A DNA stretch of 45,649 bases from Nitrososphaerales archaeon. GTDB lineage: Archaea; Thermoproteota; Nitrososphaeria; Nitrososphaerales; JACPRH01. Numbering within the stretch: the first letter of the stretch is position 1; every line of letters starts with the position of its first letter. The DNA lies in assembly GCA_036514475.1 (NCBI GenBank), contig DATBXD010000234.1:1-45649 (forward strand), in the 5' to 3' direction. The position numbers and the translations under genes are program-made. Below the pieces are notes generated by a model that saw only the letters and a program-made list of their open reading frames with translations, did no database searches and was not told the DNA's origin. This document shows, piece by piece, positions 45,568-45,649 of this stretch.

Positions 45568-45649
45568 TTGAAAAGACCGCTCCCTCTCAACACACCTGAT
45601 AGGCGCATATAAACTCTCAAGGTGAGAGAGAGTTAAGACTCAGATAAGA

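Noticed and set aside
1-45649. Search by eye for CRISPR repeats, tRNA/rRNA genes, IS elements, integrases, toxin-antitoxin or known defence genes, inteins and frameshifted pseudogenes
   Set aside because: None was found. There are no regularly spaced direct repeats, no T-loop or D-loop signatures in the spacers, and no transposase- or integrase-like ORFs. All large conserved genes appear intact and of normal length. tRNAscan-SE, Infernal and a CRISPR finder should be run to confirm.

Overview
AT-rich (about 35-40% GC by eye), densely packed archaeal chromosomal segment with about 48 protein genes on both strands. My guess is a TACK/Thermoproteota-type lineage (Bathyarchaeia- or Nitrososphaeria-like), but this rests on gene content only. 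Most of the window is core housekeeping. It holds an aspartate-family block (hom, aspartate kinase, asd) with an Lrp/AsnC regulator. It also holds two classic archaeal information-processing superoperons: S6e, aIF2-gamma, PIN, Rpo7, Spt4, DUF359, S24e, S27ae; and L7Ae, S28e, L24e, NDK, aIF5B. Other recognisable genes are folD, pyrF, an inositol-phosphate pair (IMPase, MIPS) next to a Tes-like radical SAM enzyme, radA, archaeal SAM synthetase, LSm, nucS, NFACT, AMMECR1, a GT28-like glycosyltransferase, and aspS plus gatC, gatA, gatB. By eye I found no rRNA, tRNA, CRISPR array, transposase, integrase or recognisable defence genes. I do not see a clear multi-gene novel system, and none of the items below was verified by search. 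The most unusual items are: (1) a single polypeptide fusing a Pol-beta-type (Tam41-like?) nucleotidyltransferase to a RIO/ePK-like kinase, next to an orphan HExxH protein; (2) a perfect 19-bp inverted repeat enclosing a structured 60-nt core between nucS and lsm; (3) a second full-length RadA paralogue translationally coupled to an acidic-tailed unknown protein, divergent from nucS; (4) an EMC6-like mini membrane protein; (5) a GG-terminated MoaD/ThiS-like ubiquitin-fold gene overlapping the 3' end of a tungsten-type aldehyde:ferredoxin oxidoreductase gene. Many ORF-track starts are upstream TTG/GTG codons, and likelier ATG starts are noted where visible.
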